A stretch of 64,000 nucleotides of DNA from Malacoraja senta. Taxonomy: Eukaryota. A program made the translations under genes and the position numbers. This document shows, in pieces, positions 1 through 12,859 of this stretch. Location: contig CM075998.1 in the NCBI GenBank assembly GCA_038087875.1, positions 6,512,001-6,576,000 on the forward strand. The letters run 5' to 3'. The notes beneath the pieces were generated by a model, which saw only the letters and a program-made list of their open reading frames with translations, had not been told where the DNA came from and did not search any database. The first letter of the stretch is position 1, and every line of letters starts with the position of its first letter.

Positions 1-1983
1 AAAGTGGAACAACAATGGCAGGTATTTCTGGGAATAATACAGAAGGTGCAGGATCAGTTCATTCCAAAGAGGAAGAAAGATTCCAAGGGCAGTAAGGGGC
101 GACTGTGGCTGACAAGGGAAGTCAGGGACAATGTAAAAATAAAAGAGAAGTATAACATACCAAATATGTCAGAGGATTGGGTAACTTTTAAAGAGCAACA
201 GAAGATAACTAAAAAGGCAATACGGGGAGAAAAGATGAGCTATGAAGATAAGCTAGCCAAGAATATAAAGGCTAGTAAAAGCTTCTTTAGGTGTGTGAAG
301 AGGAAAAATTAGTTAAGACCAAAGTTGGACCCTTGAAGATTGAAAAGGGGGAATTTATAATGGGGAACAAGGAAATGGCAGACGAGTTGAACAGGTACTT
401 TGGATCCGTCTTCACTAAGGAGGACACAAACAATCTTCCTGATGTACTATTGGCCAGAGGATCTGGGGTGACAGAGGAACTGAAGGAAATGAACATTAGG
501 CAGGAAATGGTGTTGGGTAGACTGATGGGACTGAAGGCTGAGAAATCCCAAGGGCCTGATGGTCTGCATCCCAGGGTACTTAAGGAAGTGGCTCTAGAAA
601 TCGTGGATGCATTGGTGATCATTTTCCAATGTTCTATAAATTCAGGATCAGTTCCTGTGGATTGGAGGGTAGCTAATGGTATCTCACTTTTTAAGAAAGG
701 CGGGAGAGAGAAAACAGGGAATTTTAGACCAGTTAGCCTGACATCGGTGGTGGGGAAGATGCTGGAGTCAATTATAAACGATGAAATAGCAGCACATTTG
801 GATAGCAATAACAGGATTATTGGATTTACGAAGGGGAAATCATGCTTGACTAATCATCTGGAATTTTTTGAGGATGTAGCTGGGAAAATGGACAAGGCAG
901 AGCCAGTGGATGTAGTGTACCTGGCCTTTCAGAAAGCATTTGATAAGGTCTCACATAGGAGATTAGTGGGCAAAATTAAGGCACACGGTATTGGGAGTAG
1001 AGTGCTGACATGGATAGAAAATTGGTTGGCAGACAGGAAACAAAGAGTAGCGATTAACGGGTCCCTTTCAGAATGGCAGGCAGTGACTTGTGGGGTACCG
1101 CAAGGCTCGGTGCTGGGACTGCAGCTATTTACAAAATATATTAATGATTTAGATGAAGGGATTAAAAGTAACATTAGCAAATTTTCAGATGACACAAAGC
1201 TGGGTGGCAGTGTGAACTGTGAGGAGGATGCTATGAGGATGCAGGGTGTCTTGGATAGGTTGGGGGAGTGGGCATGGCAGATGCAGTTTAATGTGGTTAA
1301 ATATGAGGTTATCCACTTTCGTGGCAAAAACAGGAAGGCATATTATTATGTAAATGGTGTCAAGTTGGGAAAAGGGGAAGTACAACGGGATCTGGGGTCC
1401 TTGTTCATCAGTCATTGAAAGTAAGCATGCAGGTACAGCAGGCAGTTGAGAAAGCGAATGGCATGTTGGCCTTCATAACAAGAGGAGTTGAGTATAGGAG
1501 CAAAGAGGTCCTTCTGCAGTTGTACAGAGCCCTAGTGAGACCTCACCTGGAGTATTGTGTGCAGTTTTAGTCTCCAAACTTGAGGAAGGACATTCTTGCT
1601 ATTGAGGGAGTGCAGCGTAGGTTCACCAGGTTAATTCCCAGGATGGCGGGACTAACGTATGATGAAAGAATAGAGCGACTGGGCTTGTATACTCTGGAAT
1701 TTAAAAGGATGAGAGGGGATCTTAAAGAAGCATATAAAATTATTAAGGGATTGGGCACGCTAGATGCAGGAAACATGTTCCCGTTGTTGGGGGAGTCCAG
1801 AACCAGGGGCCACAGTTTAAGAATAAGGGGTAGACGATTTAGAACTGAGATGAGGAAAAAAACCTTTTCACCCAGAGAGTTGTGAATTTGTGGAATTCTC
1901 TGCCTCAGAAGGCAGCGGAGGCCGATTCACTTGATGCATTCAAAAGAGAGTTAGATTGAGCTCTTAGGGTTAGCCATGATCAT
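1..1983 (+). mobile_element. CR1-type LINE (subfamily A), frameshifted ORF2/RT, runs off the window start
   Basis: ORFs 4-312, 291-1418 and 1580-1885 contain [37 protein letters not shown] and the CR1 C-terminal motif EGVQRRFTRLIP...RTRGHSL. Confidence 0.93.
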
Positions 1984-1984
1984 T

Positions 1985-2200
1985 AAAGATAGTTCAATGG
2001 TCCCCAATGAGGTAGAGGGGAGGTCAGAACCGCACTCTAGTTGGTGGGAGGACAGTTCAGTTGCCTGTTAACAGCTGGGAAGAAACTGTCCCCAAATCTG
2101 GAGGTGTGCGTTTTCACACTTCTGTATCTCTTGCCTGATGGGAGAGGGGAGAAGGGGATTGACTGGGGTGAGACAGTTGCTTGGTAATGCTGCTGGTCAA
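1985..2200 (-). mobile_element. Rex1/Babar-like LINE 3' fragment
   Basis: Reverse complement of the ...PSGKRYRS...FFPAVIR 3' end, also seen on + at 33440-33800. Confidence 0.55.
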
Positions 2201-2568
2201 GGAAATTCTGATCTCTGATCTGTATCCTTAAAATTGGATGTTACAGATCAATGTAATCATGATTAGGTTATAATCATTGTGTAAATTGTGCTTTGTAAGT
2301 CATTCTGTACCTCCATATTTGACTGACTTCCTTGCATGTGTTGGAATAAACTGGTGAGCAAAAGAACTTGATTACTGAGGGGGATGAGCAAGAGTGAGCG
2401 ACTCCCACAGTGGTGACTGCCATAGTTAAATTCACCAACGTGATTTAGTGGACAACTTTCATTGTAGGCGGAAGTGCATGAGCTGAATGAGGTGCAAAAT
2501 GTTCACATAATTTAATTTCAAACGAATTCAAGCAATATTTGTGGCTATTACTTTTGATTTTTTTTTAG

Positions 2569-2644
2569 TTACCATGGAAACTCGGATGAAGTTGGTTGTT
2601 ACGTGGCTCCTCGTCCTTTGACAAAGGAGAACAATTATTTTGAG
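2569..2644 (+). CDS. SPRYD3: SPRY domain-containing protein 3, internal coding exon (probably exon 3)
   Basis: Poly-T tract plus AG at 2567-2568 and GT at 2645. After 1 nt it reads YHGNSDEVGCYVAPRPLTKENNYFE, matching vertebrate SPRYD3 (human, from memory: YHGNSGEVGCYVASRPLTKDSNYFE). Confidence 0.95.
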
Positions 2645-3299
2645 GTGTGTGAATTTAAATCAGCTACATGTGGTGTGCAATGACATGCTTTCCATACATC
2701 GTTTTAAAGCAAAATGATTGAAGCCAGTGCGTCACCAATCAAAAAGACGAGATGAATTGAATGAAATCCTTGCTAGTTGCTACGGGTGATTTTTATTATG
2801 ATCTACTGCAGTCACTATCTTGAACAGGTTCTTATTTATGTAATTAGTCGTTCCTAAATTTCTGACGACTGCGACAAAAATAGTGAAATATTTATGTCTT
2901 TGAGCAGGTGTGTGTTGTACTTGGTCAAGATTACATTTGCAGTGGCAAAGACAAGGCGGTTCTAATGTACACTGAAAATTGCTTCTACCGTGATCTACAA
3001 TCTAATTAATATATTTCCTTTTATTTATTTGAATAGAGTCATTGTCAGTAAGTGGCATTTGGGGTTTTATTTACTCCATTCAAGTAGGAGCAATAAACAT
3101 TCAATTTGCTAAGAGTTGAATTGCTTGGATTTAAATTTTAATATAAAGGTTCATTTGAATGCTCTCTTGAGGTGTTTATACATGACAGGATAAAAGAATT
3201 GCAGGTATTTATACTATTCTGTGACCAGAGAAGTCCCACAAATAGCAAGAGAGATAAATTACCATTTAATCTGTTTTAATAATTTATAATAAAATAAAG

Positions 3300-3985
3300 A
3301 CTGATTCTTGGGATTGTAGGATTGATGTGTGAAGAGAGATTAGGTCAATTATGGGCCTGTCCCACTTGGGCTTCATTTACGCAACATCATTTACGCGACA
3401 TCATTTACGCGTCACGACGCACGACGCGTGCATTAGCGCGCATGGTGCGTGGTGACGTAGACAGTGACGCGCGTAGTGCCCCAGGATTTTGGGATTCACA
3501 AAATCTTCGCGCGCCACCTGCGTGACGCTCAAATGACGCCCAAGTGGGACAGCCCTTTAGTCTACCATTTACTCAAGTTTGAGAAAAATGAAGGGATCTT
3601 GCAGAAACGTGCAAGATTCTCAGAGGATTGGACAGATAAGATGCAGGAAGGATGTTCCAGACGGCAGGGAGTTCATGGCCATAGGTCACGGTCTAAAGGT
3701 AAGGGGCAAGCCACTTAAAACTGGGCTGAGGAGAAATTTATTCTCTCAGATAGCGGTCGACCTATGGAATTCTCCACCACAGAAAGCAGTTGAAGCCAAA
3801 TAATTAAACATATTAAAGAAGGAATTAGATATTGTTCTTAGGGCTATAGGTATTGAGGGATATGAGGTGGGAGAAAACTGGAACAGGGTGTAGAATTTGG
3901 GTGATCCATAATCATCTTGAATGATGGAGCAGACTCGAAGGGCATAATTGGCCTCTATCAGCTCCTATTTTCTATATTTCTGTTT
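3300..3985 (+). mobile_element. Old CR1 3' fragment interrupted by a MITE
   Basis: Degenerate ERLGQL...GHGLKVRGKPLKT...LWNS sequence and a CR1 3' tail, split at 3352-3556. Confidence 0.7.
3352..3556. mobile_element. PIF/Harbinger-type MITE
   Basis: TIR tgggcctgtcccacttgggc / gcccaagtgggacagccct, TTA on both flanks (3349-3351, 3557-3559), CpG-rich interior. Confidence 0.75.
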
Positions 3986-4052
3986 GATTTTCTTCAACAG
4001 CCAAGTTACTTGGGAAACTTTGTTCTGCCTATTGTATTTTGCCATGGGGTCT

Positions 4053-5290
4053 GACAATAGACAATAGGTGCAGGAGTAGGCCGTTCGGCCCTTCGAGCCA
4101 GCACCGCCATTCAATGTGATCATGGTTGATCATCCCCAATCAGTACCCCGTTCCTGCCTTTTCCCCATATCCCCCGAGTCCACTATCTTTAAGAGCTCTA
4201 TCTAACTCTCTCTTGAAAGCATCCAGAGAACCAGCCTCCACTGCCTTCTGAGGCAGAAAATTCCACAGACTCACAACTCTGTGTGAAAAAGTGTTTCCTC
4301 ATCTCCGTTCTAAATGGCTTACTCCTTATTCTTAAACTGTGGCCCCTGGTTCTGGACTCCTCCAACATCGGGAACATGTTTCCTGCCTCTAGCGTGTCCA
4401 AACCCTTAATAATCTTATATGTTTCAATAAGATTCCCTCTCATCCTTCTAAATTCCAGTGTATACAAGCCCAGTCGCTCCATTCTTTCAACATATGACAG
4501 TCCTGCCATCCCTGGAATTAACCTTGTGAACCTACGCTGCACTCCCTCAATACCAAGAATGACCTTCCTCAAATTTTGAGACCAAAACTGCACACAATAC
4601 TCACTAGGGCCTTGTACTACTGCAGAAGGACCTCTTTGCTCCTATACTCAACTCCTCTTGTTATGAAGGCCAACATGCCATTAGCTTTCATCACTGCCTG
4701 CTGTACCTGCATGCTTCCTTTCAATGACATGACAATGACCCTTTTCCTAACTTGACACCATTCAGATAATAATCAGCCTTCCTGTTCTTGTCACCAAAGT
4801 AGATAACCTCATATTTATCCACATTAAACTGCATCTGCCTACTCACCCGACCTGTCCAAGTCACCCTGCATCCTCGTAGTATCCTCCTCACAGTTCACAC
4901 TGCCACCCAGCTTTGTGTCATCTGCAAATTTGCTAATGTTACTTTTAATCCCTTCATCTAAATGATTAATGTATATTGTAAATTGCTGCAGTCCCGGCAC
5001 CGAGCCTTGCGGTACCCCACTAGTCACTGCCTGCTATTCTGAAAGGGACCCGTTAATCTGTACTCTTTGTTTCCTGTCTGATAGAAAACCAATTTTCTAC
5101 TCATGTCAGCACCCTACCCCCAATACCATGTGCCCTAATTTTGCCCACTAATCTCCTATGTGGGACCTTATCAAACGCTTTCTGAAAGTCCAGGTACACT
5201 ACATCCACCGGCTCTCCCTTGTCCATTTTCCAAGTTACATCCTCAACATTTTCCAGAAGATTAGTCGAGCATGATTTCCCCTTCGTAAAT
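4053..5290 (-). mobile_element. CR1-type LINE (subfamily A), 5'-truncated
   Basis: Minus ORFs 4198-4593 and 4839-5027 ([15 protein letters not shown]); the (ctattgt)n tail appears as gacaatagacaatag. Confidence 0.92.
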
Positions 5291-5314
5291 AATCTGCCTT
5301 CCTGACGGGTAGAG

Positions 5315-5480
5315 CGGGCCTTGTTTTAACATCTAATCCAAAGGACAGTGCCTGTTGCAATGCAGCTTGCCTTTGGGCTTGTGTTAAAGTGTCTCCTTTA
5401 ATTATGAGGTCAGGTTTCTGAAGTTGGAATTGAGCCAAAAAACATCTCACCAAAATGAGTGCTGCTATTGAACTAACTAG
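5315..5480 (-). mobile_element. Degenerate Deu-domain SINE (AmnSINE/SacSINE-like), 5' part
   Basis: tttaacatctaatccaaaggacagtgcc...aggtttctgaagttggaattgagcc resembles the reverse complement of a DeuSINE consensus, recognised from memory. Confidence 0.45.
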
Positions 5481-6099
5481 ACATTTAGCAAGCTAGGAAA
5501 AATTCAATAAACCATCATTCTTCATTAGCCAATTCAAACGTCAGTGACATTTTATCCACAGTGGAAATAAATAACACCAGAGATAAAGGGAACAAATATC
5601 AGGAAAACTATTTTGTAAATTTCTTTCCTGACTCCTAAAGACATCTTGGGGAACCCCACGAGACTGTGGTTAAACTGTAAAATATGTGAAATCAATTAAT
5701 TTGCAAAGTAATCTTTTTTCTTAGCTCGTTTGCATATCCGTAGTTGCTTATTAATATAGAATGATCAGGAGTTGGGAATTATCCTATCCACTTAGTCTTA
5801 AGTCATAACATTTCCTACATTGTGTCTAATATCCTTCACTAACTTGGCTGTCAATATTTCATTCACACTGCCTTACAATTTTCACATGCTTTCCTTCATA
5901 TGCGTGAAAATATTCTATTTTACCTCATCAACCCATGTACCTTCTAGAGTGTTTAATAGTAGCCAGCTTTTTCTTGCAGCTTAACAGGCCCATAAATTTA
6001 ATACACGCAGATAATATATAATCAAAAAATTTGATAAATTAATAACCGTTATACTTGTGCAAAAAACAAAGTCTATAGTGCAACTAAACACACAGTTCT

Positions 6100-6712
6100 T
6101 AGAAGGTCATAGTTACTGATGTTGATGTTGTGAAGTGTTCAAGAATCTGATGGTTGCTGAGAAGAAGCTATTCTTGAACCTGGCAGTCACAGTTTTCAGG
6201 CTCTTGTACCTTCTTCCCGATGGTAGGAGTGGGATGAGAGCCAGATTGGTGTGGGTCTTCGATGATATTGGTTGCTTATTTAAGATACCACCTCCTACAG
6301 ATCTCTTTGCTGATGGGATCAATACCTGATGGACCGGGCAGTGTCCATCACTGCAATCTCCTTCGTTCCTGGGCATACGAGATGCTAAACTTGACCATGA
6401 TGCAAATCAGTCAGTGTGTTCACTACCTGTACACCTGTAGAAGTTCAGTATAGTATTCATCATCATACCAGATCTCCTCAATCTTCCAAGGAAGTTGAGG
6501 CATTGATGAGCTTTTGATGTGATTGCATCAGGCCCAGGACAGATCTTCAGAGATATGCACGCCCAGGAACTTGAAGCTGTTGACTGTTTCCACGCAATCC
6601 TGTTGATGAAGCTGGGCCTCAGCTCTTCCCTGCTGTAGTCAACAATCAGCTCCTTAATCTTGTTGATGTTGAGCGCAAGATTGTTGTTCTGGCACCATTC
6701 AGTCTGATTTTG
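6100..6712 (-). mobile_element. Degenerate Rex1/Babar LINE 3' fragment
   Basis: Minus ORFs contain WCQNNNLALNINKIKELIVD, NFYRCT and LPSGRRYKSLKT...RFKNSFF. Confidence 0.8.
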
Positions 6713-7399
6713 CTTTTGCACTGGAACTGCTGTTAATATTGAATGTTTCATTGGGACCTAGTTAATCTAATTCCTTGAATATCTTAAATCCATCAGGAAG
6801 ATCTCCAATCTGTCTTTCTGCATATTAAAAAAAAGTGATTTTTTTATCTGGGTTACAAAAATGTTAAGAGCAAAAAATGATATTTACAAGTCTACAAGGT
6901 CAGGATGAACCCTTTATGGGTTATATCTCCTTAATTCCATAAGTGGATAACGTACCAAAGAAGGTTCAGTAGACTTTTATACTCTTCAGGCTAAAATAAT
7001 TTTTGCTCAGTAACTTCTGCAGTTTGATCTGTAGTACGATCTAAAAAGCTGACAATCAGCAAGACCATGGCAAAAGGCACTTGGGATGTTGGCGAATGGA
7101 GGAACTGATTGTCACTGTGTCTCTTCTCCACGTACCCCCAATACTAGCTACTTGATCATCCCTGAATTTAATCATTGTTAATATAGAACAATAAGAAGAT
7201 GACAATGGTTGTTATTGATGGCTGTGCCTTCAGATGCTAAGGTGCTGAGCCCTGAACACCTACATGCATTTTTAGTTTTTTTAAACCTGCCTCTTGGTCA
7301 TTTGCCATTAAGTTTCTTTATGTGGTTAAGTGATAGATTTATTTTTGCTTGATAATGATCATGTGAGGTGTATTGTGATGTTTTGGCATTTAATGTAGC

Positions 7400-7603
7400 T
7401 AGGAACGATTTACAATTTTACCAAAGCCAATTAACCTGCAAACCTATATGTCTTTGGAATGTGGGAGGAAACCGGAGCACCCGGAGAAAACCCACGCAGT
7501 CAGGGAGAGAATGTACAAACTTGGTACAGACAGCACCGGTAGTCAGGATTGAACCCGAGTCTCTGGCGCTGTGAGGCAGCAACTCTACCGCTGCGCCACC
7601 GTG
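7400..7603 (-). mobile_element. tRNA-derived V-SINE (HE1-like)
   Basis: Reverse complement of the cacggtggcgcagcggtagag (A box)...gggttcaatcc (B box) head and the V-domain gtgggttttctccgggtgctccggtttcctcccac. Confidence 0.8.
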
Positions 7604-7714
7604 ATGTGTTGTAACTGTACTGGAGCAATTTGGCCAGTATTGTGACTGATTCTGGAGTCTATAGCAATACACTCAGGATATTGCCTGGTCCCGTAGGCTT
7701 GTCTGCATCCACAG

Positions 7715-7990
7715 TGGCACAGACATGGGTTTGATCCTGACCTCGGGTGCTGTCTGTGTGGAGTTTGTTGTGACCATGTGGGTTTCCTCCGGGAGTTCCG
7801 GTTTTCTCACACATCCTAAGGACATGCGGGTTTGTAGGTTAATTGGCCTCTATAAATTGGCCCTAGTGTATGGGGAGTGGATGAAAAAGTGGGATAGCAT
7901 AAAACTAGCATGAACTGGTGATCAATGGTCAGCATGGACTTGGTCAGCTGAAGGGTCTGTTTTTGTGCTTTATCTCTGAACTAAACCAAG
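7715..7990 (+). mobile_element. V-SINE (HE1-like)
   Basis: B box gggtttgatcc, V-domain, 3' end tatctctgaactaaac. Confidence 0.75.
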
Positions 7991-8753
7991 CAAAGCTGTT
8001 TCCTTGAATGGAGTAAAGCAATGACTGCAAGCTGTCTTCAACCATGCTGGGAGCCAACATTGATACTCGGCACTACTCAATGCAGCTGTTTGCAGAAGCT
8101 TCACTCTTTCCCTTGGCACTCAGTTGCTGAGCTCCTGCACTGTTAAGGATACGGTTATTCTTGGAGCTGTTCCCTCCTGTTACCTGTTTAATATTCACTA
8201 TCATCCACAATTGGATCGTCATGGACCAAAATCTTTCCGTAAATCTCTCGATGCTATCTTGCTTACTTGATGCTATCTATATCTCCATGGAGATCCTCTT
8301 TAATATACATGCTGTTGACTCTTGTTGGTGATGCATTTTTATTCCATACCTCTTTCTCCTTCCTTCTTCCCATCTACTTGGTCATTGTGACAGATACTTC
8401 ACATTCCTGAGTTCTGGTACTTCCTTTTAACCTCAACCTGCTCTGTTTCTCCCTACTTCAACAATACAATTGAAGTCTTGCAGCTACCAGGTCCGATTCA
8501 AATACAATCCTTCATTTAATTTAACTATATGTGACCATACCCCTTTCCACTTGAGAGTGCATCGGTTATTTCCACTGATATTTGAGGTAGTAAATGCAGA
8601 ATTTCTTATTCTGGTTCTTAACAATGTGACTTTTCACATTGATGCTTGACTAGGGCTTAAATCATTTCAATAGATCGGAAGATATTAAGAATTCTGCGCA
8701 CAATGATGGTAGTTTATTAATGGAATCTGATTGTTTTACCTTTCCCTTTGTAG

Positions 8754-8878
8754 GTGTGTATAATGGATACTGGTGTGAGAGGGACAATTGCAGTCGGATT
8801 AGTCCCGCAGTACTACAAGCTAGATCACCAACCAGGATGGCTTCCACATTCTGTTGCTTATCATGCAGATGATGGCAA
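8754..8878 (+). CDS. SPRYD3: SPRYD3 internal coding exon (probably exon 4)
   Basis: tttccctttgtag acceptor and AA|gtgagt donor. Encodes VCIMDTGVRGTIAVGLVPQYYKLDHQPGWLPHSVAYHADDG(K), the SPRY motif; the phase-0 start fits the previous exon. Confidence 0.97.
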
Positions 8879-9540
8879 GTGAGTATTATGGAAGAAAAAT
8901 TGCGATGGAATGTTTGGGACAGCGTGAATGGATTTTTATTTTGTATCTAACGTCTGGGAAAATGTAATTAAACAACGTAGATTGCCCATCCAATCCAGAA
9001 TTTATGCAGTAGTGAAGTGGTGCACCAACATGTCTTTTCTTGATAGACACAGAGTGCTGAAGTAACTCAGCGGGTCAGGCAGCATCTCTGGAGAAAAGGT
9101 GACATTTCTGGTCAGAACCCTTCTTCCATCTTTTTAAGAAAAGACGTGTTGTGACTTTTCTTGAAATGGTTGGAGTTATTCAATCTTAAGACTGAGAACT
9201 AATAATTATTGTTTTAAACCATTGCATTCTTTATGACTGCTTTACATTCAGCTGTGACTTGCGTAAGTGGACTTGCTCATGATCCTATGTTTGGCTGCTT
9301 TTGGAGTAGGATATAAGGTGATATGACTCGCACTCAGTTTTGGCTGCCTCTACATTGGTGAAACCAAGCATAGACTAGGCAACCGTTTTGTAGAGCACCT
9401 CGTGCTTCGTTCACAGCCGCTATCTCAAGTTTCTGGTTGCATGTCATTTTAACTCTCCTTCCCACTCACACTTCATCCTGTCTGTCCTTGGCCTTCTCCA
9501 TAGCCTCAGAGAGGCCAAACACAAATTAAAAGAACAACAT

Positions 9541-12518
9541 CCCTTGGATGACGAGGAAAATTGAGACTTTGGCCAAGAGTAAGAAGGAGGCATGGGACAG
9601 GTATATGCAGCAGGGCTCAAGTGCATCCTTGGAGGTGTTTCGGGAGCTAAGGAGCAAGCTAAAAAAGGAAATCAGAAGGGCAAAAAGGGGCCAGGAGATA
9701 GCTCTTGCAGATAGCATTAAGGACAATCCCAAGAGATTTTATAAATACATAAAGGGAAAAAGGGTAACCACAGAGAGGAACATGGGTAAGACAGGTTTAG
9801 AAGGATATGCATAGCTGCGAAGTAGTACGGATTTTCCGTATTTCGTAGGGAAATGCGATAAGAATACGGAAATACGATTTTGCGTTGTTAAATATGGATT
9901 TTTTAAAACGACCATAGTTAATCGTAACAATGAGTCACCGCTATCACCTTGGAATTTTACATTTAAAAAAAGCTCGGGTTTAATGAGTACTGCAGAAAGA
10001 TTGGAGTTGTTATCACTTGATTCCGCTGAGACGAAAACGATGTGTTAACGACCACTGTTAGCACTTGTTAACTGCCAGTAGTTAACAAGTAGTTATACAA
10101 TGCATCACCAATACATCGATATACATTCCTCAGTAAATATAATTGTGTTTTGACCTTCAAGTATTACTGACGCCGCGTCCTTTGAATAAAATTCACGGGA
10201 GAATTTCTTAAAACTCATTGATTAAGTGCTCCGGACCACGAGCACGGGCTTCTTCCTGGCGTGCAGGTACAGTTAGTTCTTCTGTTTGCCTTTATTTGCT
10301 TCAGTTTTATTTAGTGTTATTTATCACGTTGTGGTTGTAGCTTTTGAAAGATTTAAACAGGTATCGGATTTTTAAAATACATATATTCATAGAGTTGCCC
10401 GGCTATCTTTCACTACTTGACTCGTGCTCATGAGATATGATTTCAAGATGCTCAGATCTTCTAATGCGGTCATTGTTCCGAGCGGCAAATCCCTTTAGCT
10501 GTACCTTCAACTGAAGCTACGGGTGATTTAGTAGACCTTGAAGAGGCATCGACACTTTGTTTTTATGTAGAGGGGTAATAGAAGTAAGGTATGTGATTTG
10601 AGAGTAAGTATCGTCTGCGGGGTAAAAAAAAAGTACGACTAACTCGACACCGCTGCTAAATGGCATCCACATCTGCAGCTCACTGACTGAATGATACAGA
10701 CGTCCTGACTGAAAATCACACCCTTCCGATCAATTATTTTAGGATAAGCCTTTCTAGAGAACATGCTACTTTTTGCTTCGCCCATTTTCAAAATATATAA
10801 TTTTGAATTTGGCGTTTGGTACAAGGAGACTACAAAGCTCGTAATATCTATTTTTTTACACTCTATAACTTTCTACATCTCTACTTTTGGGTATGTATGT
10901 GCCAATTATGGCTCATGGAATTTTCTCCCACACTAGTAGTTATATTCGTAATAACATTTAAATACGTGAAATTTTCGGTCTTTCCCAACCCCTTAAAAAA
11001 TGTCTCAAGAAGGGACCCGACCGTAAACGTCGCCTAGCCATTCCCTCCATAGATAGACACAAAATGCTGGAGTACATCAGTGGGTCAGGCAGCATCTCTG
11101 TTAAGGAATAGGTGACGTTTTGGGTCAAGACCCTTCTTCGACCCTCCATAGATCCAGACTGACCTGAGTTCTCCAGCACTTTATGTTTTGCTCTTAAAAT
11201 AAATCCGTGGTCCGCTGAAGAAACAACACGATAGACCACTCTGGAATTGCAAGTTTTGCTGTACACTTCATACAGTAGAACACATCATACACCTTGAGTG
11301 AATTAATGGAGTTAGATTATTTTTGTAATCTGTTGTCTAGAATTAATAGATACCCACCCTATGTACCTTATATCAGCTTTATTGTATGAAATGTTCATAA
11401 ATGCGGCGGCGCAGATGTCATTTACAATTATCCATAGTGTTTATGGGTGTGTGTTTTCAATAGCTACTGTTTCCAACTCCGACCAAATGTCACATCAGTT
11501 CAGCTTTACATATAAATAAAAGTCCCGCTGTCCCACTCCAGGTTTAAACAGAGCGCTGTCAGTTTAACGCATGGAAATTTAAATGAAGAGCTGACGCTAC
11601 AGCGCTATGGGAATGCAGCGCTACCGATTGGAGGGTTATGGTGGGTGGGCTCAAGGGCAGAGAGGGAGAGAGGGAGGGGTGGTGAGGATGGAGAAGGGGA
11701 GGGACAGAGGGAGAAGGAGGGAGGGAGAGAATAAGAGAGGGAGGGAGAAAAAAGGAAGGAGAGAGGGAGGGTGGGAGGGAAAGAGGAAGAGAGTTAGGGA
11801 GTGATTTAAAAGCAATTTCCGTCCATGAATGAATATTTTGAAAATGGGCGAAGCAAAAAGTAGCATGTTCTCTGGAAAGGCTTATCCTAAAATAATTGAT
11901 CGGAAGGGTGTGTATCATTCAGTCAGTGAGCTGTAGATGTAGATGTGGACGCCATGACGGTAACCGTGAGCACATTAAGATGGCTCGAAAAATTACCAAT
12001 AACGTACTACGGCTTTGATCTTTGGTCGCGGCTTCACGGGCGCTCGCGCACATTACGTACCACGTGGCGTGGTGGATGCGAAGCTGTTGCGAGTCAAGGG
12101 ATGAGATGCGACAAGATTAGAAATAATAGGTATTGAAAATGCAAAATGGCTTCTACATCATCATCTGGTGCTAAAAGCAGGAAGCAGCCGTTCAAACAGC
12201 AGTATACAAAGAGATGGCAATGAATGCACTGTCAAGTAAGGTGCGTAGAAGACATGTCAATTGGTAGCAAAGTTATGCATTCTTGTTCTCTTACATGGGT
12301 ATGACCGCACATAAAAAAGAAAAAAAAATCAGCAAAATGGTAAAAATACTGATTTCCTCAGCAAAATACTGATTTTCAGGTACTAGAATACTGAAATGTT
12401 CTGACAAAACTTGGCAGCTCTGGATATGGGCCAAACGCAGGCAGGTGGGACGTGTAGATGGGACATTTTGATTGGTGTGGACAAGTTGGGCCAAAATGCC
12501 TGTTTCCACAGTGTTCCA
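9541..12518 (+). mobile_element. Internally deleted CR1/HER1-like LINE (9541-9809 and 12423-12518)
   Basis: ORF 9548-9814 (KKEIRRAKRG...KDNPKRFYKYIKGKR) is joined directly to the 3' end ggtttagaaggatatg|ggccaaacgcaggcaggtgggac, which is split by the DNA transposon. Confidence 0.7.
9810..12422. mobile_element. Non-autonomous hAT-like DNA transposon with a 6-bp TSD
   Basis: TIRs CATAGCTGCGAAGT / ACTTGGCAGCTCTG, TSD gatatg (9804-9809, 12423-12428), subterminal aatacg/aatactga repeats; it cleanly splits a LINE 3' end. Confidence 0.75.
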
Positions 12519-12859
12519 CACGGGCAGCTTACACTCCAAAGGTATAAACATTGAATTTCTCAATTTCAGTTAACCCACTCCCCCAGTGCTCTTCTCCCTC
12601 TCACACTTACCTGTCCACCTATTTTTCTTCTTCCATTTGTTTATCTCGCCCTTTGCTTCCCTCGCCTGGTTCCATCTGCCCTTTCCTCTCCTCATCTGGC
12701 TCCGCCTATCACCTCTCAGCTCTAGTCCCACCCACCCTCTGCCACCTGGTTCCATCTACCCACTATCTTCTCCGCATCGGGTTCCATCTATAATCTACCA
12801 GCCTCTATCTATCCCCCCCCCCCCCTTCAACTCCCTTTACACTTTATACTGCATTTATA

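Larger units (their letters stand above)
9345..12850 (+). mobile_element. Penelope-like GIY-YIG 3' fragment (9345-9541 and 12520-12850) hosting nested insertions
   Basis: ctctacattggtgaaaccaag (LYIGETK) at the left; the sequence resumes as gggcagcttacactcc...aacattgaatttctcaatttc at 12520, collinear with the Penelope copy at 55705-56031. Confidence 0.7.

Noticed and set aside
287..1327. Long antisense ORFs over CR1 and Rex1 copies (e.g. 287-808, 929-1327, 44049-44570)
   Set aside because: They are shadow frames of LINE ORF2 that recur in every copy, with no independent coding evidence.
291..1418. 375-aa RT ORF as an active or domesticated gene
   Set aside because: It is flanked by frameshifts and carries small deletions in RT motifs; a decayed CR1 copy.
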